From the NCBI GenBank assembly GCA_038231275.1, contig JBBRLQ010000007.1, positions 1 through 64,000 on the forward strand: DNA of 64,000 nt, read 5' to 3'. The translations under genes and the position numbers were made by a program. Positions 44,766-54,800 of this stretch are shown piece by piece. The notes below the pieces were generated by a model. The model was not told the DNA's origin and made no database searches. It saw only the letters and a program-made list of their open reading frames with translations. Origin of the DNA: Polyangiales bacterium. GTDB taxonomy: Bacteria > Myxococcota_A > Polyangia > Polyangiales > Polyangiaceae. Positions within the stretch are counted from its first letter, which is position 1, and each line of letters opens with the position of its first letter.

Positions 44766-46400
44766 TCAGCCTCCCCGCAGGTTCTCGAGGAGCTCCAGAT
44801 CGGGGATAGCGATCGGGAACCGGGTCTTGATGACGCCGACGTCGTTGTCCTCGAGCAAGCGCGCGAAGGAGACGCCGTCGTAGAGCGCGATGGGCGGCGC
44901 GCTCATGGCGGCCGCTTCTTCGCGCGCGCCAGAGAGAACCTGACCCGTCGTGATGAGCCAACCCGCAGAGGCCGGGCCGTAGTGGTGGAGCGCGCCGCGC
45001 AGATCGGTCACGCGCTCGCGGCCGATCTCGCGGCCGTCCTTGCGGAGGATGATCGCGGTGCGGATCTCGTCGGTGCCGGTTTTGTGGATGGCTGCGAAGT
45101 GCGCCTCGCCGCCTGGGGAGCCGGCGCGACGAACGGCGCGGATGTTGACCATGCCGGCGCGCTCGAGCGCGAAGAGCGCGAGCTCGAGGAACGCGTGGCC
45201 CGGGAGCTCCTGCAAGCGACGGAGCATCGTGCGCCGCGCGGTCTCGCGGTAGCGCTCGATGGCGGCCATCACGTCGAGCTCGAGGCGCGCGAGATCGGGG
45301 CCGAGACCCCAATCGGTGAGCGCGACGCGCTGGCCGTTGCCGAAGCGGAAGCGAGGGCGCTGTCCGTTGGCCGTGCGGCGGAGGTTGTCCGCGCGCACCG
45401 ACGCCGAGAGCTGCGTCGCCGCGGCGGCCGGATCGCCCGCGAGGCGACCCTTTCGCATGAGGGCGTCGACGAGGTTTCGCACGCCGACGGGGCCCGCGTT
45501 GCGATCGAACGCGCCGAGCACGATGGCGACCGCGTCCGCGAGCTCTTTGCCCGCGAGCTCGTCACCTTCGCCGAGCGGAACGTCCGCCGGCGTGACGGGA
45601 CCGCCGCCCATGATCTGGCTGCGATCGCGCACGACCGGACGCGACGGCGAGAGCGCGTCACGCGTGACGTCGATCTGCGAGTCGCCCTCGACCGAAATGA
45701 TCGCGGTCGGCGTGATCGGCTGCGCCGAGTACTCGACGATCGGGCCGTTGCCGGGACTTTGCCCCGGCGCGGCCGGTCCACCGCCACGCCCGCGACGACG
45801 ACGGCGGCGACGGCGACGACCGCCGTCTCCCTCGGAGATCGGGCCGCTGCCCGGTCCGCCCGCCGCAGCCTGTCCGCCCGTAGCTCCGGCGCCGGCTTGC
45901 GCGCCACCGCCGCGCGGCTCGGCGAAAATCGGCTGATCGTCGTCGTCCTCGTCGTCGAAGAGATCGGCGCCGCTCGCCGCGAGATCCGCGCGAAGCGCAT
46001 CCTCTCCGGAGACGATGATCGGCTGGTCGTCCTCGTCGTCCTGGCGCGCCGGCACCGGCGCCCGCGTGGCCGCCTCGACCTCGAGCGCGTTGATGCCCTC
46101 CGACCCCTCGTCGGAGTCGTCGGCGGCGACATCGGCCTCTTCGACCTTGCCGCGCTTGCCCTTCTTGCCCGCCTCGCTCCACTCACGGAGCGCGAAGACG
46201 CCGGGCTTCATCCGGACGATGGGGTTGGTCTTGTCCTCTTTCTTGAGCAGCGCAGCGAGGCGCGCGCCCATCGTCACCTCGGGGCTCTTGCCCACGTGGG
46301 AGAGGAGGTTTTTCTCAATCGCAAGCTCGGTAATCTCCTTGTAATGGAGCGGCTTGCCGGCCAAGCGGAGGACTTCCGCGGCAGCTTCCGTGAACGTCAT
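44766..46400 (-). CDS. HARE-HTH domain + disordered linker + Mrr-like restriction-endonuclease-fold domain (degenerate)
   Basis: MTFTEAAAEVLRLAGKPLHYKEITELAI...GKSPEVTMGARL...PGVFALREW (HARE-HTH); C-terminal LRGAL...GWLITTG...IALYDG...VGV (Mrr_cat-like). Confidence 0.85.
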   Translation of the reverse strand: MTFTEAAAEVLRLAGKPLHYKEITELAIEKNLLSHVGKSPEVTMGARLAALLKKEDKTNPIVRMKPGVFALREWSEAGKKGKRGKVEEADVAADDSDEGSEGINALEVEAATRAPVPARQDDEDDQPIIVSGEDALRADLAASGADLFDDEDDDDQPIFAEPRGGGAQAGAGATGGQAAAGGPGSGPISEGDGGRRRRRRRRRGRGGGPAAPGQSPGNGPIVEYSAQPITPTAIISVEGDSQIDVTRDALSPSRPVVRDRSQIMGGGPVTPADVPLGEGDELAGKELADAVAIVLGAFDRNAGPVGVRNLVDALMRKGRLAGDPAAAATQLSASVRADNLRRTANGQRPRFRFGNGQRVALTDWGLGPDLARLELDVMAAIERYRETARRTMLRRLQELPGHAFLELALFALERAGMVNIRAVRRAGSPGGEAHFAAIHKTGTDEIRTAIILRKDGREIGRERVTDLRGALHHYGPASAGWLITTGQVLSGAREEAAAMSAPPIALYDGVSFARLLEDNDVGVIKTRFPIAIPDLELLENLRGG

Positions 46401-46570
46401 GTGTCGTTTTCCGTTCTTCTTCCGACATCGCCGGGCAAAAACCCCTGCGCAGACCTGGGTCTGCACTAGAGGCGAGGTGCACGGCACCCCTTGCCGGTTT
46501 CAGCGATGTTCCCGTGCGCACCGGGCGTCCCTCATTCCTTGAGACGAGGCCCCACCCGACTGCGCGGAGT

Positions 46571-46599
46571 TCTATAACGCGCCCTGGTCCCGGGGTCAA
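46571..46599 (-). promoter_or_regulatory. Sigma-70-type promoter of the HARE-HTH gene
   Basis: Minus strand reads TTGACC-N17-TATAGA. Confidence 0.65.
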
Positions 46600-46641
46600 A
46601 CCCTGCCTTTTTTTGGGGGCGCGCCGGGCCGGCGAACGGGC

Positions 46642-47745
46642 CTATTTCTGCGGCGCGGGCGGAGTGGGCGGCTGCGCCTGCGGGGCTCCAGGCTGCGGCG
46701 TCATGGGCGCGGGGGCGGCGGCTTGCGGCGCCTTGTCCTCCGCGAGCAGCTCCTTCAGCTTCTTCTCGCGCGTCGCGTCGTCCATGCCGGTCGCGAGCTT
46801 CGTCGCGTCGATCGTCAGCATCGGGATCTGGCCCGAGCCGTTGTACGTCGGGAGCTTGCCGTCCCAGTGCTCGAGCGCGCGGTACTGGAGCACCGTCGGG
46901 CTCATCGACAAGCGGATGATCTCGTTGGCCTTCGCTTCGGCGCGCGCGCGAATGAGGAGTGCGTCGGCCTCGCCTTGCGCCTTCTGTCGCGTCGCCTCTG
47001 CGGCGCCGTGCGCTTGCGTAATTGCCTGGTCGGCCTCGGCGCGGACCTGCCGCACGCGGTTCTCGCTCTGGATCGCGTTCTGCGTCGCCTCCATCGCGCG
47101 GTTGATCGCGTCGGCGACGTTCTGCGGCAAGCGCAAGGTCCCGTTGATGGTCAGCTGATCGATCACGACGCCGTCCTTGCCGAGCTGGTCGCGCACCTTC
47201 GCGGCGACATCGGCGAGCATTTTGGATTTTCCGGCGCCGTAGATCTCCTGAACCGGCATCTTCGACGTCACTTCGTTGAACGCCTCGCGCACGACGTTGC
47301 GCATGTACTTGTCGGCGAGCTCCAGCATGTTGTTCTGACGGAAGCGGCCGTAGAGCTTCGGCGCCATCATCGGCTCGATGTGGAAAGACAGACCGACGTC
47401 GGCGTTGATGTTCACGCCCTCGGTCGACGAGAAGGTGAGCGACTCGTCGACGGCGCGCCCCTCGTGGGGGCTCGCGCTCCATACGACGTTCTGGACGCTG
47501 GTGGGGAAGACGACGATCTGCTCGGAGATGGGGTTGTAGACGACCCACCCGGTGACGACCGGCATGTCGGAGACGCCGCGCTCACTGCCGGCGAGGCGCA
47601 CTCTGATGCCGACGTGACCGGCGTCGACGCGCGTGAGCGACGAGCAGCCCACGAAGGCGAGGAGGATGAAGACGCCGACCACCATGACGAAGCGCTTCAC
47701 GGAGCGCCCCACCGAATCCGAGTCCAGACTGAACTTCGTCGCCAT
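46642..47745 (-). CDS. SPFH/prohibitin (band 7) family protein
   Basis: TM, VDAGHVGI, band-7 core, AEA-rich coiled coil and W.GKLP. Confidence 0.93.
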   Translation of the reverse strand: MATKFSLDSDSVGRSVKRFVMVVGVFILLAFVGCSSLTRVDAGHVGIRVRLAGSERGVSDMPVVTGWVVYNPISEQIVVFPTSVQNVVWSASPHEGRAVDESLTFSSTEGVNINADVGLSFHIEPMMAPKLYGRFRQNNMLELADKYMRNVVREAFNEVTSKMPVQEIYGAGKSKMLADVAAKVRDQLGKDGVVIDQLTINGTLRLPQNVADAINRAMEATQNAIQSENRVRQVRAEADQAITQAHGAAEATRQKAQGEADALLIRARAEAKANEIIRLSMSPTVLQYRALEHWDGKLPTYNGSGQIPMLTIDATKLATGMDDATREKKLKELLAEDKAPQAAAPAPMTPQPGAPQAQPPTPPAPQK

Positions 47746-47752
47746 GGTCTCT

Positions 47753-48010
47753 CTACTCCTTCTTGCGGAACCCGAGCGCGCTCGCGATGGCGGCGACGCC
47801 GATGGCCGTCACGATCGCGAGGGCCCCCCAGAACTGAGCGTCCGTACCTCCGTTGATCCACGGCCGCAAGGCAACGATCGCCCCGAAGTCGGTGGCGACC
47901 AGCAGCAACGCGACGCCGCCGTGCGCGACGCGACGACGCGCGAGCTCTTTCTGGAGCCGCGCGACCTCGGCACGGAGAGACTCGGTTTCGTCGCGGTAGG
48001 GGGATCCCAT
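47753..48010 (-). CDS. Small 2-TM membrane protein upstream of SPFH
   Basis: MGSPYRD + coiled coil + two TM segments; GAGGAGA RBS. Confidence 0.7.
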   Translation of the reverse strand: MGSPYRDETESLRAEVARLQKELARRRVAHGGVALLLVATDFGAIVALRPWINGGTDAQFWGALAIVTAIGVAAIASALGFRKKE

Positions 48011-48076
48011 TCTCCTCGTCGCCGGCCCCGTTCGAGGCCGCTGCGGTGCAAGGTAGGTATCCCCGGACAGCCAGTC

Positions 48077-48110
48077 TAGGGGAACCGTCCCGTTCCGGAC
48101 GGTTCCCCTA
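48077..48110. promoter_or_regulatory. 14-bp perfect inverted repeat in a divergent promoter region
   Basis: TAGGGGAACCGTCC-cgttcc-GGACGGTTCCCCTA. Confidence 0.6.
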
Positions 48111-48188
48111 TGCTGCAAGTCGGTCGCTCCAGTCGTTCGCCCGTTCCGGCCAAACGACTTCTGCTCTGTGCTACCTGTGGCACGCTCC

Positions 48189-48878
48189 ATGCGGAACGTC
48201 CTCGGGATCGTGCTGATCACCGCCGCGATTGCGGCGTCGACTCACTTCGCGTTCCAGCTCGAGCGCGCGGGATCGACGGCGTTTTGGGCGCTCGCGGTGC
48301 TGCCGACGCTCGCCCTCGCTGCGGGCGCGCTGGTCCTCGCGCGGAGCATGAACGAGGGCGGGATCGGCGAGTGGATGCGCCCCGCGTGGGGTGACTTCAC
48401 GCGCGGCGTCGTGGGCGCGGCGCTCGTCTTCGGTGCGGCGTACGCCTTTTCGCGCATGTACGTCGGTACGCCCCGTGAGAGCTGGCTGGCGCGCCTCTAC
48501 CTCCAGCTCGGCGATCCGAAGGTGCTCCGCGCTGGCATGCCCATCTATGGCGTCGGGATCCTCGTGGCCGCCACCGGCGAAGAGATCGTGTGGCGCGGCT
48601 TCGTGACGCGCCTCCTTCGCGACGTCGTCGGTGAGCGATGGGCGTGGGTGGCGGCGGCGGTTGCCTACGCGATCGCGCACGTGCCGACGATCTTCGCGCT
48701 GCGCGATCCCGAGGCGGGGAACAATCCGGCGCTCGTTATCGCCGCGCTCGGCGCAGGGCTCGTCTGGGGAGCGATGGCGCGGAGGTTCGGCGGTCGCCTG
48801 GTGCCCGGCATCCTCGCGCACGCGATGTTCGACTGGGTCGTCCTCTTCACGTTCCGGCTGTGGGGCCCCAGCATATGA
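48189..48878 (+). CDS. CPBP/CAAX (Abi) intramembrane metalloprotease
   Basis: Motifs EEIVWRG, YAIAH and AHAMFD. Confidence 0.9.
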   Translation: MRNVLGIVLITAAIAASTHFAFQLERAGSTAFWALAVLPTLALAAGALVLARSMNEGGIGEWMRPAWGDFTRGVVGAALVFGAAYAFSRMYVGTPRESWLARLYLQLGDPKVLRAGMPIYGVGILVAATGEEIVWRGFVTRLLRDVVGERWAWVAAAVAYAIAHVPTIFALRDPEAGNNPALVIAALGAGLVWGAMARRFGGRLVPGILAHAMFDWVVLFTFRLWGPSI

Positions 48879-51775
48879 AGGAGGTGCGTGCGCTCGCCGA
48901 CGGTATCGGGCGCGCGGACGCCGAGGACGCGCGAAAGAGGTTCCTGACGCGCGCGCGCGAGCGAGGCCTTACCCCGAGCGACGACGCGGTGGAGCTGGCG
49001 GGGCTCGTGTCCGCTGCGTATCCCGCGCTGGCGCACGAGGTGGACGCGCGGCCCGAAGACGTCATCGCCATCGCGCGCGGCGGAACTCGAACTGCGCGCG
49101 ACGCGAAGGGCTACCGGAGGATGGCGCTCGCCATGGTCGGCGAGCTGACCGACGAGGCCGCCGTGCGCAAGAATCTTCGGAAGCTCGCGTCGCGCGAGAA
49201 GCTGCGGGTCGCCGCGCGCGAGGTCTTGCCGCTGGCGGGCAGCGACGTCGACACCACGAGCCGCGAGCTGTCCGATCTCGCCGACGTGTGCGTGGAGATC
49301 GCGCTCGGGCACGCCCTCGGCTGGGCCGAGGCGCGCTGGGGGACGCCAACGGAAGCGACCGGTGCGCGTTGCCCGTTCGTGGTCGTCGGCATGGGAAAGC
49401 TCGGCGGGCGCGAGCTCAACGCGGGCAGCGACATCGATCTCCTCCTCTTCTACGAGACCGACGACGGAGACGTGCGAAAAGATGGAGCGCCCGTCGAGCA
49501 GACGCTGCACGAGCACTTCGCGCGGGTGGCGCAGCGCATGACCTCGGTCCTCGACGACGCGACGGAGGACGGCATCGTCTGGCGCGTCGACCTGCGCCTA
49601 CGTCCGGAGGGGACGCGTGGGCCGCTCGTCAACGCGCTCGCCGCCGCCGAGCGCTACTACGAGACGTGGGGCCGCACCTGGGAGCGCGCGGCCCTCGTGC
49701 GCGCGCGGCCGATCGCCGGCGACCTCGCGTTCGGAAAGCGTCTGCTCGCCGCGCTCGGCCCCTTCGTGTGGCGTCGCAACGTCGCGCCGCAGATCGCCGA
49801 CGAGATGGTGGCGCTCGTCCTCCGCGCGCGCGCCGAGATGGATCACGATCCGGAAAAGGATCTGAAGCTCGGGCCCGGCGGCATCCGTGAGGCGGAGTTC
49901 TTCGTCCAGTCGCTGCAGTTGATTTGGGGAGGTCGCGAGAAGCAGCTGCGGAGCACCAACACGCTGGAGGCCCTGCGCCGCCTGCGCGCGCGCGGGTTCG
50001 TGACCGACAAAGAGAGCCGCGAGGTCGGCGACGCGTACCTGGCGCTTCGGAGGCTCGAGCACCGCGTGCAGTTCGCGACGGGGCAGCAGACGCACCAGGT
50101 GCCCGAGCGTCCGCTCCTCGATCGCATCGCGCGATCGCTGGGGTGGGCGACCGGCACCGAGCTCGAGCGCGAGCTCGAACGCACGCGAAAGCGCGTCGCG
50201 CGAAGGTTCGCGTCGCTCCTCGGCCCCGCGCGCGAAGCCTCTCGGCCGGTCGGCGAGCTGGACCGCTTCTGGGCCGCCCTCGACGCGCGTGACGAGCCGC
50301 AGGTACGCGCGCACCTCCCCGGAGGAACCGGGCTCGTCGCGTCCCCCGATCTCGCGCGCCACGTCCTCGCGCTGGCGCGCCGCCCGGATTTTCCGTTCGG
50401 CGCGAGCGCGCGCGACGCGCACCAGGAGCTGCCGAAGGTCCTCCTCGAGGGGATCGGGGACGCCGCCGATCCCGAGCAGGCCGCGCGCCTCCTCTCCACC
50501 TTCTTCGCGCGCCTCCCGACGCCCAGCGTCTACGTGCGCGCGCTCGCCGAGGATCATCACGCCGCCCGCCGCCTGTGCACGGTGCTCGGCGCCAGCGCGT
50601 TCGTCGGCGAGGCCCTGGTCTCGCGCCCCGAGCTCTTCGACCAGCTCCTTTTCGGCCGCGGCGCCCCCGACGCCGAGTCCGCGCGCCGCACCGTCGACGA
50701 GGAGGTGCAGCAGCTCCCGATGACCCACGACGTCGACGATCTCGTCGGCGCGCTACGCCGCGCAAAGGGGCGGGTGACGATGGAGGTCGGGCTCGCCGAT
50801 CTCGCCGGTGAGATCGGCACGCGCGCCGCCACGACCGTGCTCTCTTCGCTCGCCGACGCGATCGTCGAGCACGCCGTGCGCTTCGCCATGAAGGAGCGGG
50901 GCTTCGGAGAGACGGGCCTCGCCGTCATCGCGATGGGCAAGCTCGGCGGCCGCGAGATCGGCTACGGCTCCGACCTCGACGTCTTCTTCGCCTACGAAGC
51001 GAGCGCTGACGACGAAGTGGAGGCCCGGTACGTCCGCACCGCGCAGCGCGTGATCCGCCTCCTCTCCACGCCGCACGGCGACGGACCCGGCTACGAGCTC
51101 GACACCCGCTTGCGCCCCAGCGGCAACCAAGGGCTCCTCGTCGTCTCCTGCGACGCGTTCGCCCGCTACCACGAGTCGCGCGCCGAGGATTGGGAGCGGC
51201 AGGCGCTCGTGAAGGCGCGTTTCTGCGCCGGCGACGCCGCGCTCGGTGAGGCCGTCCTCCAGATCGCGCGCGAGGCGGCGTACGAGCGCGGCGCGGCGCC
51301 GCCCGAGAAGATCCATCACCTTCGCATGCGGATGGAGAAGGAGCTCGCAGGCGAGCGTCACGTCGAGGGACGCGCGCGGTTCGACCTGAAGCTCGGCAAG
51401 GGCGGCCTCGTCGACGTGGAGTTCGCGGCGCAGTGGCTCCAGATGAAATGCGGGAAAGACCCGCGCGTGCGCACGCCGGACACCGAGGCGGCGCTCGACG
51501 CGCTCGAGACGTGTGGGTACCTCGACGCCGGTGTGGCGGCGGCGCTGCGGGAGGGCTACCGAACATTGCGGCGCATGGAGCAGCGCCTGCGCGTCCTGCA
51601 CGGCACGAGCTCGCACTTCATCGAAGAGGGAGCGCCGGGGCTCGCGCTTCTCGCGCGGCGAATGGGGATGCGCGACGGGCCGCGCGGGTCGGCGACCGCG
51701 ATGCTCCTCGCGCGGTATGCGCAGATCACGCGCGACGTACGCGCCGCCTACCTCGCGATCCTGGGTCTCGGATAG
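48875..51775 (+). CDS. glnE: Bifunctional glutamine synthetase adenylyltransferase/deadenylase
   Basis: Two nucleotidyltransferase domains (MGKLGGRELNAGSDIDL and MGKLGGREIGYGSDLDV), with DLRLRPEG, DTRLRPSG, WER and KLG.GG...EF. Confidence 0.96.
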   Translation: MKEVRALADGIGRADAEDARKRFLTRARERGLTPSDDAVELAGLVSAAYPALAHEVDARPEDVIAIARGGTRTARDAKGYRRMALAMVGELTDEAAVRKNLRKLASREKLRVAAREVLPLAGSDVDTTSRELSDLADVCVEIALGHALGWAEARWGTPTEATGARCPFVVVGMGKLGGRELNAGSDIDLLLFYETDDGDVRKDGAPVEQTLHEHFARVAQRMTSVLDDATEDGIVWRVDLRLRPEGTRGPLVNALAAAERYYETWGRTWERAALVRARPIAGDLAFGKRLLAALGPFVWRRNVAPQIADEMVALVLRARAEMDHDPEKDLKLGPGGIREAEFFVQSLQLIWGGREKQLRSTNTLEALRRLRARGFVTDKESREVGDAYLALRRLEHRVQFATGQQTHQVPERPLLDRIARSLGWATGTELERELERTRKRVARRFASLLGPAREASRPVGELDRFWAALDARDEPQVRAHLPGGTGLVASPDLARHVLALARRPDFPFGASARDAHQELPKVLLEGIGDAADPEQAARLLSTFFARLPTPSVYVRALAEDHHAARRLCTVLGASAFVGEALVSRPELFDQLLFGRGAPDAESARRTVDEEVQQLPMTHDVDDLVGALRRAKGRVTMEVGLADLAGEIGTRAATTVLSSLADAIVEHAVRFAMKERGFGETGLAVIAMGKLGGREIGYGSDLDVFFAYEASADDEVEARYVRTAQRVIRLLSTPHGDGPGYELDTRLRPSGNQGLLVVSCDAFARYHESRAEDWERQALVKARFCAGDAALGEAVLQIAREAAYERGAAPPEKIHHLRMRMEKELAGERHVEGRARFDLKLGKGGLVDVEFAAQWLQMKCGKDPRVRTPDTEAALDALETCGYLDAGVAAALREGYRTLRRMEQRLRVLHGTSSHFIEEGAPGLALLARRMGMRDGPRGSATAMLLARYAQITRDVRAAYLAILGLG

Positions 51776-51819
51776 CTCTCTCGCGTGCTTCGCGCGTCGG
51801 AAGGGGGGTATCCTTGGTC

Positions 51820-54800
51820 ATGCGCGCGATCCGGGCGGCGGCGATGGTGGCGGGCGTCGTGACGCTCGCGGCGTTGGCGGCGGTCGTGCAAGCGTGCGGA
51901 GCGAGCGAGCCGCGCGGGGCTGCGATCGCGCCGCACGGAGCCTCGGACGCGGGCGCGCCCGTCGCGGAGGCCCCGCCGCCGCGCCCCCAGTACGTCCTCG
52001 GCGACGTCGCGAGCCGCGCGTTCCTGGCGGTTCCGCTCGATCGTGCCGACGTGCTCGGCGTCCTCCACGACGGCCTCCGCGTGGTGACGACGACCGGCGG
52101 AACGCGCAGCGCGCGCGAAGTGACCGATCCCGCGCTGGTCGCGGTCGAGCGCGTTCCTCGGTGGCTCGGCGGTGGCTTCCTCTTTCGAAGCACGACCGCC
52201 CTGTACGCCGCCGACACGTTCGACGGACCGCTGCGTCCCTTGATCACGCTGCCCTCGCCCATCGAGCGCGTGGCGTTCGGACCGAAATTCGCGCTCGTTC
52301 GCGCGTCGAACGGAGAGAGGTGGGCCATCGAGCTGCCTGCCGGCAAGCGGGTGGCGGTGGCGCCGATGGGCCTCGCCGACGTCGCCGCCGTGGACGGACG
52401 CGCGGCGGCGCTCACCGACACCGGCGCCGCGCTCGTGTCGACCGACGGCGGCGCGAGCTGGAGTGACGTCACGTCGCAGCTCCGCGGGCGCGCAGAAAAG
52501 GTCGCCGTCCTCGAGGACGCGGCCTGGATCGTCGAGGTCGGCGGCGCGGCGCTGCGCGTGGACGCCGATCGGTTGAGCGCCTTCGATCGCGCGCCGGCGG
52601 TGAAGCCCGCCGAGTTGCGACCTCGCGATCCGCGATGGCACGCCGAGGAGCCGCCCCTTCGTCGCGCGATCCGCCTCGGCACGCCACTCGACGATCGAAC
52701 GGCGCTCGTGGTGAGCGACGGCGACGCCGTGCGCATCGACGTGACGACGGGAGAAATCGTCGGATCGACGCCAGGCCGGCTTCCTCCCGACGCGACGTGC
52801 GAGGCGCTCCGCGCCGATGGGGACGTGCTCGTCGCGTGCACCCGACCCAACGGGGGAGGCGCATTCGTCGCGTCGCGCGGCGGCGCGGACAAGGCGCTCG
52901 GCATCGAGCAGACGTTCGCGGCGGCCGGGACGTTCTACGCGAGCGACGACGGCGCGCTGGCGTTCGGCGGCCCCTGTACGCGTCCGCGCGCGTCACGAGG
53001 CGTCGTGTGCGTCCGGTCGTCGGGCGGCACGTGGCAGGAGCTCGACGTGGACGGCGCCATCGCCGACGCCGGCACCACTGTCGACGTGGCGCGCTGGGTG
53101 CCGCGCGCCGACGGGAGCGCGGTGGGGTTCGTCGGCGGCGCGCAGCCGGGCCTCATCGACGCCCGCAGCGGCGAGGTGCGTCCGTGGCGCGCCGATGCGA
53201 TCCCGGCGCCGGCCCGCGCTGCGCTGACCGACGGCCGTCGTCCCACGCACGCAGGGCGCGTGATCGATCGGACCTGGAGCACGTCGCCTGCCGGCGGCCT
53301 GCGCGGGTGGACCGAAGCGGGCGCCGCGATTGACGTCTCGCCGGAGGGCGTGGTCGCGGTCTCTCCCTTCTCGTTCGAGCGCGTCGCCACCGCCGGCGCC
53401 TACGCCTTCGCGCGCACGCGGGAAGGGCGCGTCTGGCAGACGACCGATCGCGGCGTCAGCTGGGCGGAGGTCGCGCCACCGCCCACCGCCACGACCGGAC
53501 GCGGCGTGCCCGATCCGCGCGTCTGCTCCGCGGTCGGCTGCGATCTCGGCGCGTGGTACCGCGTCGGCTGGCCAGAGGTGCCCCCGTCCGCCGCGCCGCC
53601 GCCGCTCGTCGCGTCACCCCCCGCGCGACTCACCCGTGATGCGTTGCCGCTGCTGACGTGCCGACGCGCCGGCGATCCGAAGACCACGGTCCTCGCGCGC
53701 ACCGACGATAGCCCTGCCGATCTCGGGCTCGGCGCCGCGACGATCCCGACGAGCAACGACAGCGGCACGCTCGAGATCGTCCGCATCGCCGTCGGACGTC
53801 TCGCGCTCGTGCCTCCTCACGGCGGCACCGACGGGCGCGATCTCGACTACGGCGCGCCGCGGATGGTCGTGCACGGACCCGGCACGGAGGCGGCGGGCGA
53901 GGATCGTTTCATCGCGCTCGCGCCGAACAAGGATCCTCTCGCGGTCCGCCGCTCGATCGCGTTCGTCTTGCCGTTCGATCCAAGGGCGACGGTGCGCGCG
54001 GCGCAGGTGGGCACGTCCGACGCGCTCGCCGCGGCGCGCACTTCGGGCCAGCGCGCGGCCGACGTCCTTCGCGAGGACACGACGGCGCTCGCGACGGTGA
54101 GCCTCGTCACGCCGCTCGATCCCGCGGCACCCGCCGACCTCCTCGCGGTGAGCCCGCTCGGGCTGATGACGGTCCTTCGCGCGGGCGCGTCGCCGCGAGG
54201 TCGTGTGGTCTTGCGCGCCCGCCCACCGGACGACGCGATCCCTCTCTCCGCCGCGCAGCTCGGACCCGACGAGATCGCCGTCCTCGAGGTCGAGCCGTCC
54301 GGCAAGGGCGTGGTCTTCAAGCTCGGACCGAACGGCACGTCGGATCTGTTCGACGTCGCTGCGCCGCCGCGCTCCGGCCTCTATCCGGCCAACGCCGACG
54401 CGGTGGCGGTTGGGCCGAAAGGGGACGTCGCGACGCTGCGCACGCCGAGTGGGGGCGATCCTCCGACGGCGATGGACCCCGCGCTCGTGGTCGCGCCGGG
54501 TGCGCCGCCGCTCGCGCTCGCTCCGTGGTCGACCCTGAAGACCGCGGACGCCCCCGAGTGCAAAGCGGAGGCGGGCGGCTGGCGCGCGACGCTCGCAGTG
54601 CTCCGTCCGTGGGTGAAGCTCGGCGGCGACGCGCACGTGGAGGACGACGCGCCGATGTTCGCGCGCGTCCGTTGGAGCGTGACGCGCGTTTGCCTCGAAG
54701 CGCTCGAGGTCCGCGTCGCCGACAGCGACGTCAAGGTGGCGGTCATCGGCGATCGTCGGGCGCGTCGAGAGCGCACGCCGCAGTCTCCCGCAGCGCCGAT

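Noticed and set aside
44766-46400. Active restriction-modification or defence system
   Set aside because: The Mrr catalytic residues are absent, and there is no methyltransferase or other defence gene nearby.
46425-46509. Known c-di-AMP or c-di-GMP riboswitch
   Set aside because: Only short fragments resemble the consensus and the ordered conserved blocks are not present; kept as an unknown structured leader.
48189-48878. Abortive-infection (Abi) phage defence role for the CAAX proteases
   Set aside because: The 'Abi' label for the CPBP family is historical, and the context (coupled to glnE) is housekeeping.
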